Assembly (NCBI RefSeq): GCF_006345805.1 | Contig: NC_042999.1 | Span: 22,940,001-23,004,000, forward strand | Length of the DNA: 64,000 nt | Source of the DNA: Octopus sinensis | Taxonomy: Eukaryota | Reading direction: 5' to 3' | Shown here: piece after piece, positions 1-14,049 of the stretch | How the letters are laid out: each line of letters starts with the position of its first letter | Position numbering within the stretch: the first letter of the stretch is position 1 | Notes under the pieces: generated by a model | Told to the model about the DNA's origin: nothing | The model's input: only the letters and a program-made list of their open reading frames with translations | The model's database searches: none | Translations under genes and position numbers: made by a program

Positions 1-138
1 GAAATGCAAGGAGGAAGTGGAGGATGGGGTTGTAACATTCAGAAGATAGATAAAACAGAAAGAAAGGGTTATGGCCGTAAGAGAGCTGCAGGACTAAAGA
101 GAACGTTATATACATTATTATTATTATTATTATTATTA

Positions 139-186
<48 letters not shown>

Positions 187-187
<1 letters not shown>

Positions 188-485
188 AATTATTTTTATA
201 TGAAAACCCACATCTTATTTTGCTGGGTATGCTGGAAAGTGCCATCTGTCCACAACCAGCAGACTAAGGTGACATTTGTTTACTGGTCATGCTTCAAGAA
301 CCCTGCGAACAATTCTTGCAGTTCCAAGCAATGCCAATTTTTGCATGGGTTCTATCTTCACACTTGCAACAACCTTTTTCAGCCATGTTAGTAATTGAGT
401 GCTAACACTTCCAAGTGCACCAATTATTACTGGTATCACGTCTACTCTCTTCATTGAAAACAACCTTCTTATTTCCCACTTCAAA
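187..485 (-). mobile_element. 3' fragment of an R4/Dong-like RLE LINE with (TAA)n tail
   Basis: EIRRLFSMKRVDVIPVIIGALG...MQKLALLGTARIVRRVL*. The tail corresponds to (tta)n at 113-186. Confidence 0.8.
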
Positions 486-529
486 TTGTCATAGTTGTTT
501 ATTTAAAATTTTTTAAAATTTTATTGTTA

Positions 530-1066
530 TTGAGTGAGAGAGTCGTGCATGCCATCAAAGTGATACAGGGGTAAAATATACGAAGCCCAGTATACCCATC
601 ATGACTACCCGTCTGATAAGGGTACACTAGGCACATGCATCACAACCATGTGTGCGCGACATGGTGATTTCATATCAGGATAAACAGCGCATGACCTTGC
701 AGGTGGGGCCCAGTTAGAATTTTCTTCAGGTCGAGTAGCCCATCCCTCTCCAATGGTCCTTGAATAAGGCTTGTTTAAGGATGGATGTTGAACGAAACAC
801 CCATATTTCCAGAGGTGAATTATTCAAACCCCAAAGAATCCCTCTCAACACATGGCGATGATGCTCCCCCACTACTTCTGCTCGTGGTCAGAGATGCACA
901 TATTGTCAGCCACTAAGGGACATGCTCAAGTGGTTAAGGCCAAATAACTGACAGGCAAATCTGTTGCTATAGCTCGTCTTTTCTACCCAGATAAAACAAA
1001 GTACATGATAACACTTCCAATCAGTTAAGATGAGAAGCCATGAAAGTCACTGCCTGGTACTGCAAA
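530..1066 (-). mobile_element. About 556-bp non-coding (AAT)n-associated interspersed element, copy 1
   Basis: Reverse complement of the 40622-41177 unit, with the extreme 5' end eroded. (tta)n flank at 1067-1240. Confidence 0.85.
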
Positions 1067-1067
1067 C

Positions 1068-1171
<104 letters not shown>

Positions 1172-1182
1172 CATCATCATCA

Positions 1183-1233
<51 letters not shown>

Positions 1234-1515
1234 TATTATTATTCAAAAACAGTTTGATTCGGCTCTATGCATCTTAAAGCTACGCAGGTTTCTTGTAGAA
1301 ACCTGGTTCGGCCAGGCTACATATATATATAGGAAGAAAGAGAGAGAGAGAGGGGGGGGCAAAAAGAATGAGTGAAAGATAGCTATGTTCCATTCCTTGC
1401 TAGCAAACAGGAGTAATATGAGAATTAGAAATGGAGAGAAATAGTCGGAGAAAAAGAGCTGGGCGGTTAACACTAGCATACAAGATATATATGTAAAGAG
1501 AGATGGAAACAAGTA

Positions 1516-1560
<45 letters not shown>

Positions 1561-3769
1561 GGGATAGAATGACAGTAAATATGGCTGAGAGAGAGAGAGA
1601 GAGAGAGGCGGAGGAAGAATGAGTGATACATACAGACATGTTACTCTCGGAAATAAGATAGAAAGAAACAGAGAACTACACATGAAGAGAGAGAGGTGAG
1701 ATTTTAAGAATATAAGAGACAGAAAAATGAATTAACGAACGGTGGGTAGACATGAAGAGAAGTATGTAGGTGTCTGTGTCTGTATTAGAGTCTGTGTTTA
1801 TGATAAATACAGTATTTCTGTTGGTGTTATATACCTTAATATTTTGAACGAATAGCGATCAATATCAGACGTATCAGGCTACAAGTATCGACTGGTGTCG
1901 ATATGATTGATTAAAACTCTTGAAGGCGGTGCACCAGAATGGCTGCAGTCCAATGACTGAAACCAGTAAAGGTGTTAAAATAGTATAGAGTAGAAATGAT
2001 TATATTCGTGGGGCAGGACAACAAGGGCTAATAATAGTAAAAATAAAAGGAGACAAAATAAGAGAACGTTAGAGTAAGACTGAAAGACGCGCGCACACAC
2101 ACACACACATTTTATTTCTTTCAATTATTGGACTGCGGCCATACTGCAGTACTGCCTTGAAGGGTTTTAGTCTAACAAAAGACCTCAGTACTATCATTTT
2201 ACACTTTAATTTCACGAGCAAGCTGTTCTGTTGATCGAATCAACTGAAACACGCGTCGTCGTCGTAAGCGACAGAGAGCCAAGCCTTTGTGATTACGGTA
2301 AGTCCATAGTCGAAGATTTATATAGGAAGTCAGGTCACGGGTAGATCATAGGCAGGGGTACTTATATGCTATTGTTTGGGCTCATTCTCGCTGGTATGTT
2401 AGCACAGGCGAAGATTTATATAGGAGGTCAGGTCACGAGTAGGTCATAGGCAGGTCACATTCAGTAGTTGTGTTGAAAGCGTTGCTGGATCTAGTCATAT
2501 TGCTTTTGCTTGGTAGGTTACTCCAAGGAAAATAACATCACTAGGTGAGACAAGCTGACACTGAATTAGCCTCGTTGATTGACAGGCGACGGTATCGTTT
2601 AGAGAATGCGTGGGCTAAGACTACGCGCCTTCATTGGCCAGTTAAAGTTGAGACAGTGTCACGCGACAACTTGCTGGGGATGCCTGCTGTAGCCTAGCGG
2701 CAGGTATTTAAAGGGAAATTTGACAAGACAGTCAGTCACCCGCTGACACTCGTTGACGCTACATCGAAGAGGCCAGGGAACAGAAGAAAGAAGAAAGAAG
2801 ACATGCACCCAACACCAGAGCTGAAGACACCTCCGAAAGGGGGGTGGCTGCCACGTCAAAACGATAGAGGAGTAGGGACCGAAACCGGACGTGGTTCCTC
2901 CTGATGGTGTCTTGAGCTAACTGGATCCTATAAAGGAGTTGTTGTGGTAACAGACCACGAAACACGATTGAAATTCCTATATTATGTAGGAAATTTTTGG
3001 CTGTCTTTACGCTACTTATGCTATAGTTAGGATCCACTCTCAAGTATGCAAATACATTTGCGATAGGTTACAATTGTCTCGGAGCACGGATCAAAGATAT
3101 ATTAAAATTCAGTGATAGATATTAAACGATCGCATCTTAAACATATTCTCAACAAAGGAAGTGGTTTGTTTTAAAGTACTCGCTTTGCGGATAAAGAGGA
3201 TTATTATTTAATGCCATTGTAAATTTCAGTGTAATTATATATTCTTCATCAGTAACATGATACAAATAAGTGCTTGTGTAGCTACAGACTTTATACGCAT
3301 CCTGAGTTCGCAAGCATAGATCTCGCCATATGCATACACATACACACATACATTTCAACTTCATATACGAGCATTTTCATATATAGTGATATACATACGT
3401 GCGCGCACATACATACACAATATATATGTATATATATACATATATATCTATATATCTATCTATAAACATATATATAAGTTTGGAAATGTTGACTACCTTG
3501 TGTTATGTTTCGATGTCGCTTGATAGAAGATGCAAAGGGTAGATTTCTAGCATTTTCAAATTTATAATTCTCGAAATATTATGTCGATGAAGGAAATGAA
3601 TTTTTTATAATTCTAATCCAGAAACGCGTCCATAATTAATCGTAGACTGTTTGATTTCATTATGTTTTCTTCTTTTGCCTATGTGAGTTACAAATATTGT
3701 TGTTTCTAAATTTTCGGTATGTAGTTAAGCAACTTTTTGCTAAATCTTTAATTATATATACATATATAT

Positions 3770-3858
<89 letters not shown>

Positions 3859-4268
3859 CATATATATGTATGTATGTGTGTACACACAAATCCGTGCACA
3901 CACGTATATATGCATACATATACACAGGTTTATATTCATACATACGTACACACGATACGCATCGGTACGGATATGAATAAATATATTCACAGATAAACAC
4001 CTAAGAGTATGTACCTAGATAGACATACACATGCATACATACACTTACAGGTATGCTTATACGTATATACTTACATGTAAGTATACACACAGACACACAC
4101 AAACACAATCACACACATTCACGCAGGAATACATTATACAAATATTTATACGTTTATGTAAATATAGATATTTACATAAGCCTATGTAAATATCTATATA
4201 AACGCCTAAATGTTTGTATTAATTTTATAGATATACACAGATATACATTTACATATATATGCAGAAAC

Positions 4269-4426
4269 GAGTGGCTGTGTGGTAAGTAACTTGCTTACCA
4301 ACTACATGATTCTGGGTTCAGTCCCACTGCGTGGAACCTTGGGCAAGTATTTTCTACTATAGCCTCGGGCCGACCAGAGCCTTGTGAGTGGATCTGGTAG
4401 ATGGAGCCTGAAAGAAACCCGTCATA

Positions 4427-4517
<91 letters not shown>

Positions 4518-4560
4518 TTGTGTATCTGTGTTTGACCCCTGCCGACATCGCTTGACAACT
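4269..4560 (+). mobile_element. tRNA-derived SINE family S1 with internal (TA)n(TG)n
   Basis: gagtggctgtgtggtaag...ggttcagtccc...ccttgggcaagt...gaaacccgtc, then microsatellite. Confidence 0.85.
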
Positions 4561-4687
4561 TCTTAAAGTAGTGGAAATGGCTAAAAAACTTTTTGGCTGC
4601 TATTTCTAGAAAGTTCAGTATGTGGCAAAGTAATTTATTGTACTAAGCCCTAATTATATAATTATATATATAATATATATATATATA

Positions 4688-4728
<41 letters not shown>

Positions 4729-4880
4729 GTATATACATACATACATATATACATACATTACTTGACCCGCAAGATGAACCCCTACATATGTGTGTGTTTA
4801 TACACACACACACCACATATTATATATATATATATCTATATATATTATATAATTATATATATTATATATATATATATATA

Positions 4881-5159
4881 ATGAAAAACAAGGGTCTAAA
4901 ATAGAAAATGCTAAGATGATTTTATAGTGAATCTTCAGTACGGTTCGGTCATTTTGAGACCTTTTCAACTGTAACGATTAAATAATTAAATTTAGAAAAA
5001 TAGAGAAAAAGTTTTTTTTTAAAAAAATTTTCTTTAATTTTCTAAATTTAATTATTTAACGTTACAGTTGAAAAGGTCTCCCAAAAATGACCAAACGGTA
5101 CTGAAAGATTCACTATAAAAATCATCTTAGATTTCTATTTTGACTTGTTTTTTTTTCAT
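4881..5159. repeat. Fold-back inverted repeat, possibly a Penelope-terminus derivative
   Basis: Arms of about 125 bp are near-perfect reverse complements around a T/A centre. Confidence 0.85.
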
Positions 5160-5286
5160 ATATATCAACTCGTGTGTTCCTTTCACCCTTATACATATAT
5201 ATATATATATATAATATATGATATAATATATATTATATATAGATATATATATATATATATAGATATATATTTATATATATATATAT

Positions 5287-5363
<77 letters not shown>

Positions 5364-5689
5364 GATAGATAGATAGATAGATAACTTTTTATTGTAGCCA
5401 CACAGGGCTAAACACAGAATAAAAATGGACGAAATACAATGTAGAATTTTTTCTTTTCGAGGTGGGATGGGTGGGGCAAGAAGAAAAAAAAAAAAAAAAA
5501 AAACGTTTGATCAATAGGGATTTGTGGGTTGTGTGGTGTATAAAAAAGCAATATATATATATATATATAAGGTTCACAGTTTAGGTGTAGTCTTGGAAAG
5601 AAAAACCTACAAAAAAGACCAAGGTCACCTCAGGCAATTCGAAAAAGAACACATGAGTAAGTCGCCTTACTTCTCGTTGTCTCTTTTGG

Positions 5690-8600
5690 TTACAGATTTA
5701 TGCTTAAAATAGTGTCGTCTTTCATACTGACCATTTTTGCCACTTTTACCCACTTTTTATTAAAACATTCGTTCGACAAAGCCTTCCTCTCTATTCTCAT
5801 CCTCCTTTTCAAGTGGTATTTGAAAAAGTTGACGAGAGACTGACCAGAGAGGAAGGTGTTTGTTTGCAGTCCTTTCAAACACGCGTCCACCACACATATT
5901 CTTTCGCCATAGCCATCAGCGTAACGAAAAACCGTTTTCCCTTCCCGTTTAAGGAAGGTGGTGGAACAATATTCACAATAGACTCGGCCGATAGGCGAGC
6001 CTGACCTACACGTGACAACAGCTGTTCGACGAAAACCACAGCTCTGAAATATCTGGACACTGCACGAGTGCGTGCAGAACGGTTTCGTCGCTCTGACCGC
6101 ATCTCGGGCAGGTCGGTCCGGTGATGGTTTTCGAACCGTGTCTGTAGCTCTTCTCTCGAACAGGTAGTGCGTCTCGATAGCACTGCCAAGCCAGGGATTT
6201 CTGGAAGTTATCCATAGGCCCCGGCCCGAACGTCGTCCTGAACAGGCGGGTTAGGAATTCCTCGTCGACGCCCAGGTTGCCCCGAGTGGTCGTCGGACCT
6301 CCCCTCCACTAGTCCTCTATAGAACGCTTTAGTCGTTTGGAAGTTGCACAAGTTTGACCCGGTCGGCAGAGCTGCTGTAGAGCTTGGCGACACTCTCGGT
6401 GCCAATCGCCCAGTTTCGGTCTCTTTTTGATCCACGTTTGCAGTTCGGTCAGTGAGACGAGCTGCGGGAGTCGCGCCTCACAAACGGCGCCCACACCTGT
6501 TCACCGTCGTCGATGAATTTCCAGAGATGTCGCAGTCTCAGCGCATGCCTGCGCATCATCAACCACGGCATGCCCAGTCCTCCATTCAACGGATGTTGAC
6601 AGCAAATGGACTTCCTCACCATCGGAACGCCACCCTTCCACAGGAAGCGGAAGAGTATGCGTTCCAGTTTGGTGATGGTGGAGTCGGGACAAGGTACGAC
6701 GGTCAGGCGGTAATCGATGACGGATGCGATGTACGCGTTCGCCACCTCCGCCCGGCCTTTTAGAGACAGCTTTCTCTCGGCCCATGTTTGGCTGAGAGCG
6801 ACCACTCTACTCGTGATCTCGTCCCAGTTTATCCATTTGGAGGTCCGGACTGAACCAGACCCCGAGCAATTTAACCGGTCCGTCCGTCCAGCGTCCCACT
6901 ACTGAGCCGCAGTCGGACGGCATGGGCTTGCTTCTCCAGGTGCCGAGTAGCAAACCCACTGACTTTTCCGGGTTAATCTTTGCTCCCGTCACCGTTTCAT
7001 ATTTTCTTAGTGTCTCGCCGACCAGCTCGATGTGCTGGTAGCTCGACACTATGACGGTGACATCGTCCGCATATGCCGACACGCTCGTCCCGCAACCCAG
7101 TTCCCGTGGGATGCCCCTCAGTGTCGCCAGCTTCCGCAGTAGCGGCTCGAGAGTCAATACATACAGAAGCGCCGACAGGGGACACCCTGACGGACCGAAC
7201 GCGTGATGTCAAACGGTTTAGACAGGTGACCGTTCACCCGAATCACCGATCGGATGCCGCTATACAAGGCAGCGATCCAACCGCGGAAGACGGGACCGAA
7301 GCCAGCCGCCCTGAGGACGGCCGCCAAGTACCGATGGTCGACCCTATCGAAGGCTTTAGACTGATCCAAATTTATCAGCGCCCCACCCATGCCAGGATCC
7401 TTAACTACCCTGTCCACAATGTAGCGCATCAGATGGAGGTTGTCATGTATGGTTCTGCCCGGCACGGCGCATGTTGCGCCCTGGTCGACCAGTTTACCAA
7501 TGACAAGCGCCAACCTCTCGGCTATTACTTTGGCCAAAAATTTCAAATCTGCGTTGAGCAGAGTGATGGGCCTGAAAATTATCTATAAAATTCCCCTTGT
7601 TTGAGTCTTTCTTCAGCAACGTCACTGCACCTCGGCTCACGAAACCGGGGATTCTCCCGTTTTGTTGCCAGTTGCAGTAGACTGATGCCAAGAGGTCGCC
7701 AAACAAGTCTGGCATTCGACAATACAGCTCGTAGGGTAAACCATCCAATCCAGGCGACTTATCCCTCGCGCAGCCCGCCATCGCATCCCACACGTCAGCG
7801 GCTGTGATGGGACTTTCACAACACTCCCTCTCTTGCCGAGAGCCGCGGCAGGTCGGTCAGGTAGGCACTGAAATCCATCCCTCGTTCCGACCCACCACTC
7901 GCACCAAACAGTCGAGCAAAGTGCTGTTGTAAGGCCTCACACATCCTTTCGTGTTCGAGTAAACTGCATCCCTGTTGATCTATTAGAGACCGAATGGTTG
8001 ATCTGTTGCCACGCTGCGCCTCCGCTACCCGGGCCTCTCGCGCAGCTTCAATCCCTTCGTTCCTTAAGGCACGCATTTTAGCTCTGACGACGCAACCTTC
8101 GTGCTTGGCGTTGGCAGCTAGCACGTTGGTTGCGCTGCCAGTGGTAAGTGCCTCTTCTAGTTTCTTAACTAAGTCTCCCTCTACTCTATTTCGTTCTATC
8201 GCTAATTCCTTGCTAAACCTAATTGATTCCGATTTTATTGCCATTTTCAGGGCGTACCACCAGCGGTTGTTAACGACCGCTCCCGTCAGCGCCCTCTTAA
8301 TTAACTCGCTAATCCGGTTCCTGTAAACCTGTCGCGCTAACAGCGACGTGTTCAGTTTCCAGTAACCGGGACCCTGCCTATGTGTTTTATCTAAGTCGAG
8401 CGTACACGTAACAAATTTGTGATCTGTGTAGCTGACTATTTTAAATTGTGGACATCCTACACTATCCCTATCCGCTGTCCTGCATAGAATTCTATCTAGA
8501 TAAGATCTCGACGATCCGACGCGGTTTGTCCAAGTCCACGTTGGCACGTTCGGATGGTCGAGTCGGAACCTGTCAGACAAATGGAAACGTCTGAGCAGGT

Positions 8601-9060
8601 CTTTGAGGCTCTTACACCCCCTTCTATTCCTATCCCTTCCCACATAATCTAGATGCGTGTCCAAGGTAGCGTTCCAATCCCCTACTAACAGTAAAGGTCT
8701 AGACGTACCCAGGAAAACCTCTAGACGTCTGAAGAAATCCGCCCGACCCGTTAAGGACGGTGCATAACTGCCATCAGAGGAATGCACACCCATTTCTGCC
8801 ATCCACGTCCAAGACAACCAGCCTACCCTCCGGGTCTAGGAATATTGCTCTTACTTTTACCTTTAGACTCTTTCGAAAAAGCACCGCAGTACCTCCACCA
8901 CCCATGTTCGGCAGACAGGGAGAAAAATAAATGTCAAATTGAGTCTGGTTTCGCTGATAGCTACTATATCCACGTCCAGTGACTTGATGTCGTTTAGAAG
9001 GTAACCTTGCTTCCAAGCCGACGCCAAGCCACGCGCATTCACACAACCTAATTTAAGCAT
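5690..9060 (-). pseudogene. Tx1 ORF2 (APE endonuclease + reverse transcriptase), several frameshifts
   Basis: MLKLGCVNARGL start at 9060, then AISET, LLVGDWNA, WTW...SYLDRI, TDHK, GPGYWKLNTSLL, KSPGLDGLPYELY, LDQSKAFDRVDH, VRQG, AYADDV, KINPEKS, GGLGMP and CPRCGQSDETVLHALVQC, spread across ORFs in different frames. Confidence 0.92.
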
Positions 9061-9099
9061 ACTTGACAATTACGAAAATTGTGTTTTACACACTATATT

Positions 9100-10969
9100 A
9101 GAAGAGACAAGAGGCAAGAAGTGAGGTCACTTACTCATTTTAAAGTTTCATTTTTTTCTTCTTCTTTTGTATCGTTTTTGATGAGGTGTTTGTATAGTTT
9201 TTCGACAGGTATCGTTGATACCCGCCTACCGCATTCGGAAATAATGTTTCAGTATGTGGTGTTGTGCTTGTGTTATGTGTAAAATTCTGATGTGTTTCGG
9301 TGGTGTGGTGTGCGGATGATTGTTTGTCTTAAAATCATCTCACAGACGACCATGTTAGATTTGATGTAGTCCATTAATTCTTTATTGTCTGTGTCTATTG
9401 CAGTTAGTTGGTGTGTGGTTTTACGGGTTCATTACTTTTTTGATTGTCTAGGGGAATGTTGTCCTGAGTGAGATATCTCCCTGCTTTAATTCCTTGTTTG
9501 GTGGATTTTTTGGATCTTTTCTTTTACCCCTGTGGCTATTTGCCATTCCGTCGAACTTTCGTCGTCCGAGGTATCAGTATGGGGTAGAGGAAAAAGAACA
9601 GGATCACTATGTATGCTTGTATAAATTGTTGATGTTTGTTTGTGCGGTGTTTGTGTTGTTGTGGTGTTAGGGGTAGCATTTGTCTTCTCGTCAGTGTTTC
9701 TGTCTTTTTATTGTCGTCCTGGGTGTGGGTGTGGGTCGATTTTTTGAAGATTCAACAAGTTTAATTGGTTGTGACGTCAACGGTGATTGTGTGTTGGTAC
9801 TGTTTTTCTTGGTGATGTTGTTGGGGTTTGTTTGTTTTCTTGGCGTTGTTCCATAATTGAGTGTGTTGGTGTTGGTGTTGGCAACAAAGGGATTTTATTG
9901 TTTTTCTTGATTGTTCTGTACCAGATCGCACTTGGCAATCAAATGTTCGGGGCTGCCACATTTGTAGCATCTAGGCTTTTTGCCTTCTGCCATAACATAT
10001 AGGCATTGCCCATTCTCCAAGTATATCTTGTCGGGTAGGCTCTCGATAGAGGCCCCCTCAATCTGGATGGTCACAACTACTGTTTTTCCACCCCAATTGT
10101 CGTTTAGGTACACGGCTGTTTCTAGAATATTGATCTTTTTCAAGTGGTAACAGATTGCCCCTGTATCCATTTGTTCGGCATATCGGGGGGTACATTTCTG
10201 ATAGTAATTCTACTCACCCTCTGGTTTTATAATAAGGGACCATGATGATTTCATCATTTCCCAGAGACTCAGTAGAGTGAGCTTTTGCCACTTCTGGTTA
10301 GGGAAGCGGACCACTACTGTGTTAAACTGGGGACCCCAGTTTATATACTCTTTTTCTTTCATATATTTTTTAAACATTTCTCCACATCAGTTTGTAATCT
10401 GTTCATTTGGTTTTTTGTTTTTTCTAATAATTTTATATACAATTGTCTTATTTTCTATTTCTTGTTTTATATGTTGAGGTGTATGCAGGACTAAATCTTG
10501 TCCACGGGTTGTAAAGAGAGCTCTTGTTTCTATGAGCTCTTCATTTGTGAATGTAACAATCCCTTTTTCTGGCGAAGAATATCTGCGAAATTTACTGTTG
10601 TTGACTTTTTTGTATTGGCATCTTCACTATTAGATAGTTCATTTTTATTGTGGTTGTGTGTTGCTGTTGTTTTTGTCAATAGTTTTCGTTTCAGTTTTAT
10701 TTTATCATTTATGTTGGTCGTGTGGTAGTGGTGGTGGTGGTGGTGGAGGTGGTGGTGGTAGCAGTTGTTGTCTCGTGGTTGCTGTTGTTAGTGGTGGTGG
10801 TGGCGTTGGTGACAGGGCTGTTAACGCACGTGGTTGCAGCGTTCCTTTCACCGAATTTCACGTTGGCATTTTCCGTGCGAACGTTCTTTTTTTTCTGTCG
10901 TTTCCAGACTAGGAAAATGTTGTTCCAAAAAAGAACGCGACCAGCGTTCAACAATAAATTTCTAGACAT
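9100..10969 (-). pseudogene. Tx1 ORF1 remnant (gag-like zinc knuckle)
   Basis: KPRCYKCGSPEHLIAKC (CX2CX4HX4C) in ORF 9895-10170, immediately upstream of ORF2. Stops and frameshifts present; boundaries approximate. Confidence 0.7.
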
Positions 10970-11171
10970 TTCTAATGTCGAGAAGAAAATAACAGAAATG
11001 AAATGGGGTCGAAACTGCCCTAGGGGCGAATTCCTCCCTTGGAAAAGCACTCAAATGAAAGTTGGTTGCCTTACACACCTATTTGCAAAAATCTACACAA
11101 AAATTGGCCTATAAATAGTCAAAATAAATGATACCTTCGGAGCTGAAACGACATCACATCCGTCAATAGAT

Positions 11172-11206
<35 letters not shown>

Positions 11207-11219
11207 GGCGGATAGATAT

Positions 11220-11264
<45 letters not shown>

Positions 11265-11286
11265 AGATAGATAGATAGATAGATAG

Positions 11287-11317
<31 letters not shown>

Positions 11318-11742
11318 AGATAGATAGATAGTAGATAGATAGATAGATAGAGATAGATAGATAGATAGATAGATGAAGATAGATAGATAGATAGATGATA
11401 GATAGATATAGATAGATAGATAGACGGATGGATGGTTAGTTGCGAAGTTTGATAAACCGAAGTCATTTTACAGTTTGAATAAGCAAGGCTTCGATGTAAC
11501 TGTCGAACTTTTCGATGTGAAAATAAAATATGCTGCTACACAGAAAGGTATTGAGAGTTATAACGTTTGGCTGTTCTTATATATATATAACTAAGCTTTA
11601 AAATAAATATTGATATATGGACGCGTGTCCTTGTGTGTGTATGCGCTTGTATGCGCGTGTATGCGTGCGTGTATGTGTCTGTGCGTATGGGTGTGTGTAT
11701 GTAAGTATGTATCTACACACGTATTCATACACCCCCACACAG

Positions 11743-11791
<49 letters not shown>

Positions 11792-12245
11792 TATATATTT
11801 ATATTCACATACTATCAAATGCATATAATGTATATAATTATATATATATATAATATATATATATATATTTTAAATGTATGTAATATAGATATACACACAT
11901 TATATTATAAATATATTATATATATTATTATATTAGTACATGTATGTATATATAAATAATATATATATAAATATAATATATATAAATGTATATACATATA
12001 TAAGTGGATATAATATATAGAAATACGTATATATATATATACATACATACATATATACATACATACATGCATGCCTACATACATACATACACACAAACAC
12101 ACACATACACACACATATGGAGTGTGAATTAGTTAGAGAAAAGGTGGAGATAGATACATCAAAAGAAAAATGAAATATCAGAATTTAGGAAAATCAATGG
12201 TATTCATCACCATACATCTATGTGTGCATGCGCATATGTGGTGTA

Positions 12246-12278
<33 letters not shown>

Positions 12279-12454
12279 ATATATACACGTACACACGTAC
12301 ACGTCTCTACAAATATTGGTATTTAGTTGATGGTATTGATGGTGTATTTATGCAGTTCTGTAAAGTATCAATTTGCGTACGCTTGTACTCGTTTATTCAC
12401 AGATAGACACATTGACGATACTTACAACACGCACAAATGCCCTCCCGACACACA

Positions 12455-12490
<36 letters not shown>

Positions 12491-12893
12491 GTCTCTGTCT
12501 CTGTCTCTCTTTCTCACCGCCATCCACACACATACACTATAGACAGAACCATCCGCATGTACACACATAAAATATCATTAAAATCTTTCTCATACAACTT
12601 AGAAGACAGACAAATAATAGGTTAGGTATGTAAAATAAATATTCTGCATAAGAGATTTTATACACGAGACTTACCAAACGTAGAACCGTTATTATTATAC
12701 CTTCCTCATTACCTTTATTGTAATTATAACATAGGCAACGAGACTAAATGGTTGTTGTTGGTGGTGGTGTTGTTGTATAGCCTCAATCAACCCTCTTTGA
12801 CCATACTTATTATCAAAGATATCTCGTCATATTATTTTCCCAGACATATCTTAATATAAGGCATTATCCAAAGTGTCCTTCCCACTACCAACC

Positions 12894-12970
<77 letters not shown>

Positions 12971-13270
12971 TTTATATATATATATTCATATCTATCATTC
13001 GCCATGATAGATCGCTAGCCACTACACATTCTTTATTTTCTCTCCTTGTTTCTTTCTGTGGAAGAGCGTAGGCTCGAAACGTTGAAGACTTTTTCACTTC
13101 TCGAGCGTTAAAGTAAAACGTTTGTTTGTTGTCTACACCATCTGTCTTCGTCTTTGTTTTTTGCGAATTGTTTCCAAATTTGGTATATGGATTAAGTTTT
13201 GTATACTAATTCTTAAAATGAAATTCATTTTCTTATAAATTCATAACTAAAAAGTTATTAGCTCTTGACT

Positions 13271-13682
13271 CTTTACTCTTTTACCTGTTTCAGTCATTTG
13301 ACTGTGGTCATGCTGGTGCACCGCCTTTAGTCGAGCACATCGACCCCAGGACTTATTCTTTCGAAGCCTAGTACTTATTCTATCGGTCTCTTTTGCCGAA
13401 CCGCTAAGTTACGGGGACGTAAACACACAAGCATCGGTTGTCAAGCGATGCTGAGGGGATAAACACACAAACACACACACACAAACACACACGCACACAC
13501 ACACATATATACATATATACGACGGCCTTCTTTCCGTTTCCGTCTACCAAATACACTCACAAGGCTTTGGTCGGCCCGAGGCTATAGGAGAAGACACTTG
13601 CCTAAAGTGCCACACAGTGGAACTGAACCCAGAACCATGTGGTTTGTAAGCAAGCTACTTACCACACAGCCACTCCTGCGCC
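13271..13682 (-). mobile_element. SINE family S1, full length
   Basis: Complete head, microsatellite and tail in reverse orientation. Confidence 0.88.
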
Positions 13683-14049
13683 TTTTTGTAATTTGTTGAT
13701 TACAATCAATTTGGAGGTTACACACCTTGTGCGCATGCGCAACATCTTTGGTTGCTATGACAAAAAAGTAAAAGAGTAAAAGAGTAAATCTTAATCCATA
13801 TCCCAATTGTATACTAATTATGAAAATGAAATTCATTTTCTTATAAATTCATAATTAAAAAGTTATTAGCCCTTAACGTTTGCAAAATTTGGGTATTTTA
13901 GCCAATCAGACCACCGTTAAGGTCTGTTAGCATATTAAGCAAAGAAGTACCACGTGTTCCATAGCTGATTGCGAAGAACTCTGTTGCTATAGTAACCAAA
14001 GATGGTTGCGCATGGGCACAAGGTATGTAACCACCAAATTGATAGCAAT

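Larger units (their letters stand above)
5384..11166 (-). mobile_element. Near full-length Tx1/L1-clade non-LTR retrotransposon, inactivated, flanked by (GATA)n
   Basis: ORF1 remnant with a CCHC knuckle and ORF2 remnant with APE, RT and C-terminal Cys motif. The 3' UTR ends aataaaaag and runs directly into (tatc)n. Confidence 0.9.

Noticed and set aside
6452-8326. + strand ORFs overlapping the LINE
   Set aside because: Antisense shadows of the GC-rich Tx1 ORF2 with no independent motifs.
12677-12745. Minus-strand exon ending at a strong gtaagt donor
   Set aside because: Poor acceptor tract, adjacent to repeat-like sequence, unrecognisable peptide.
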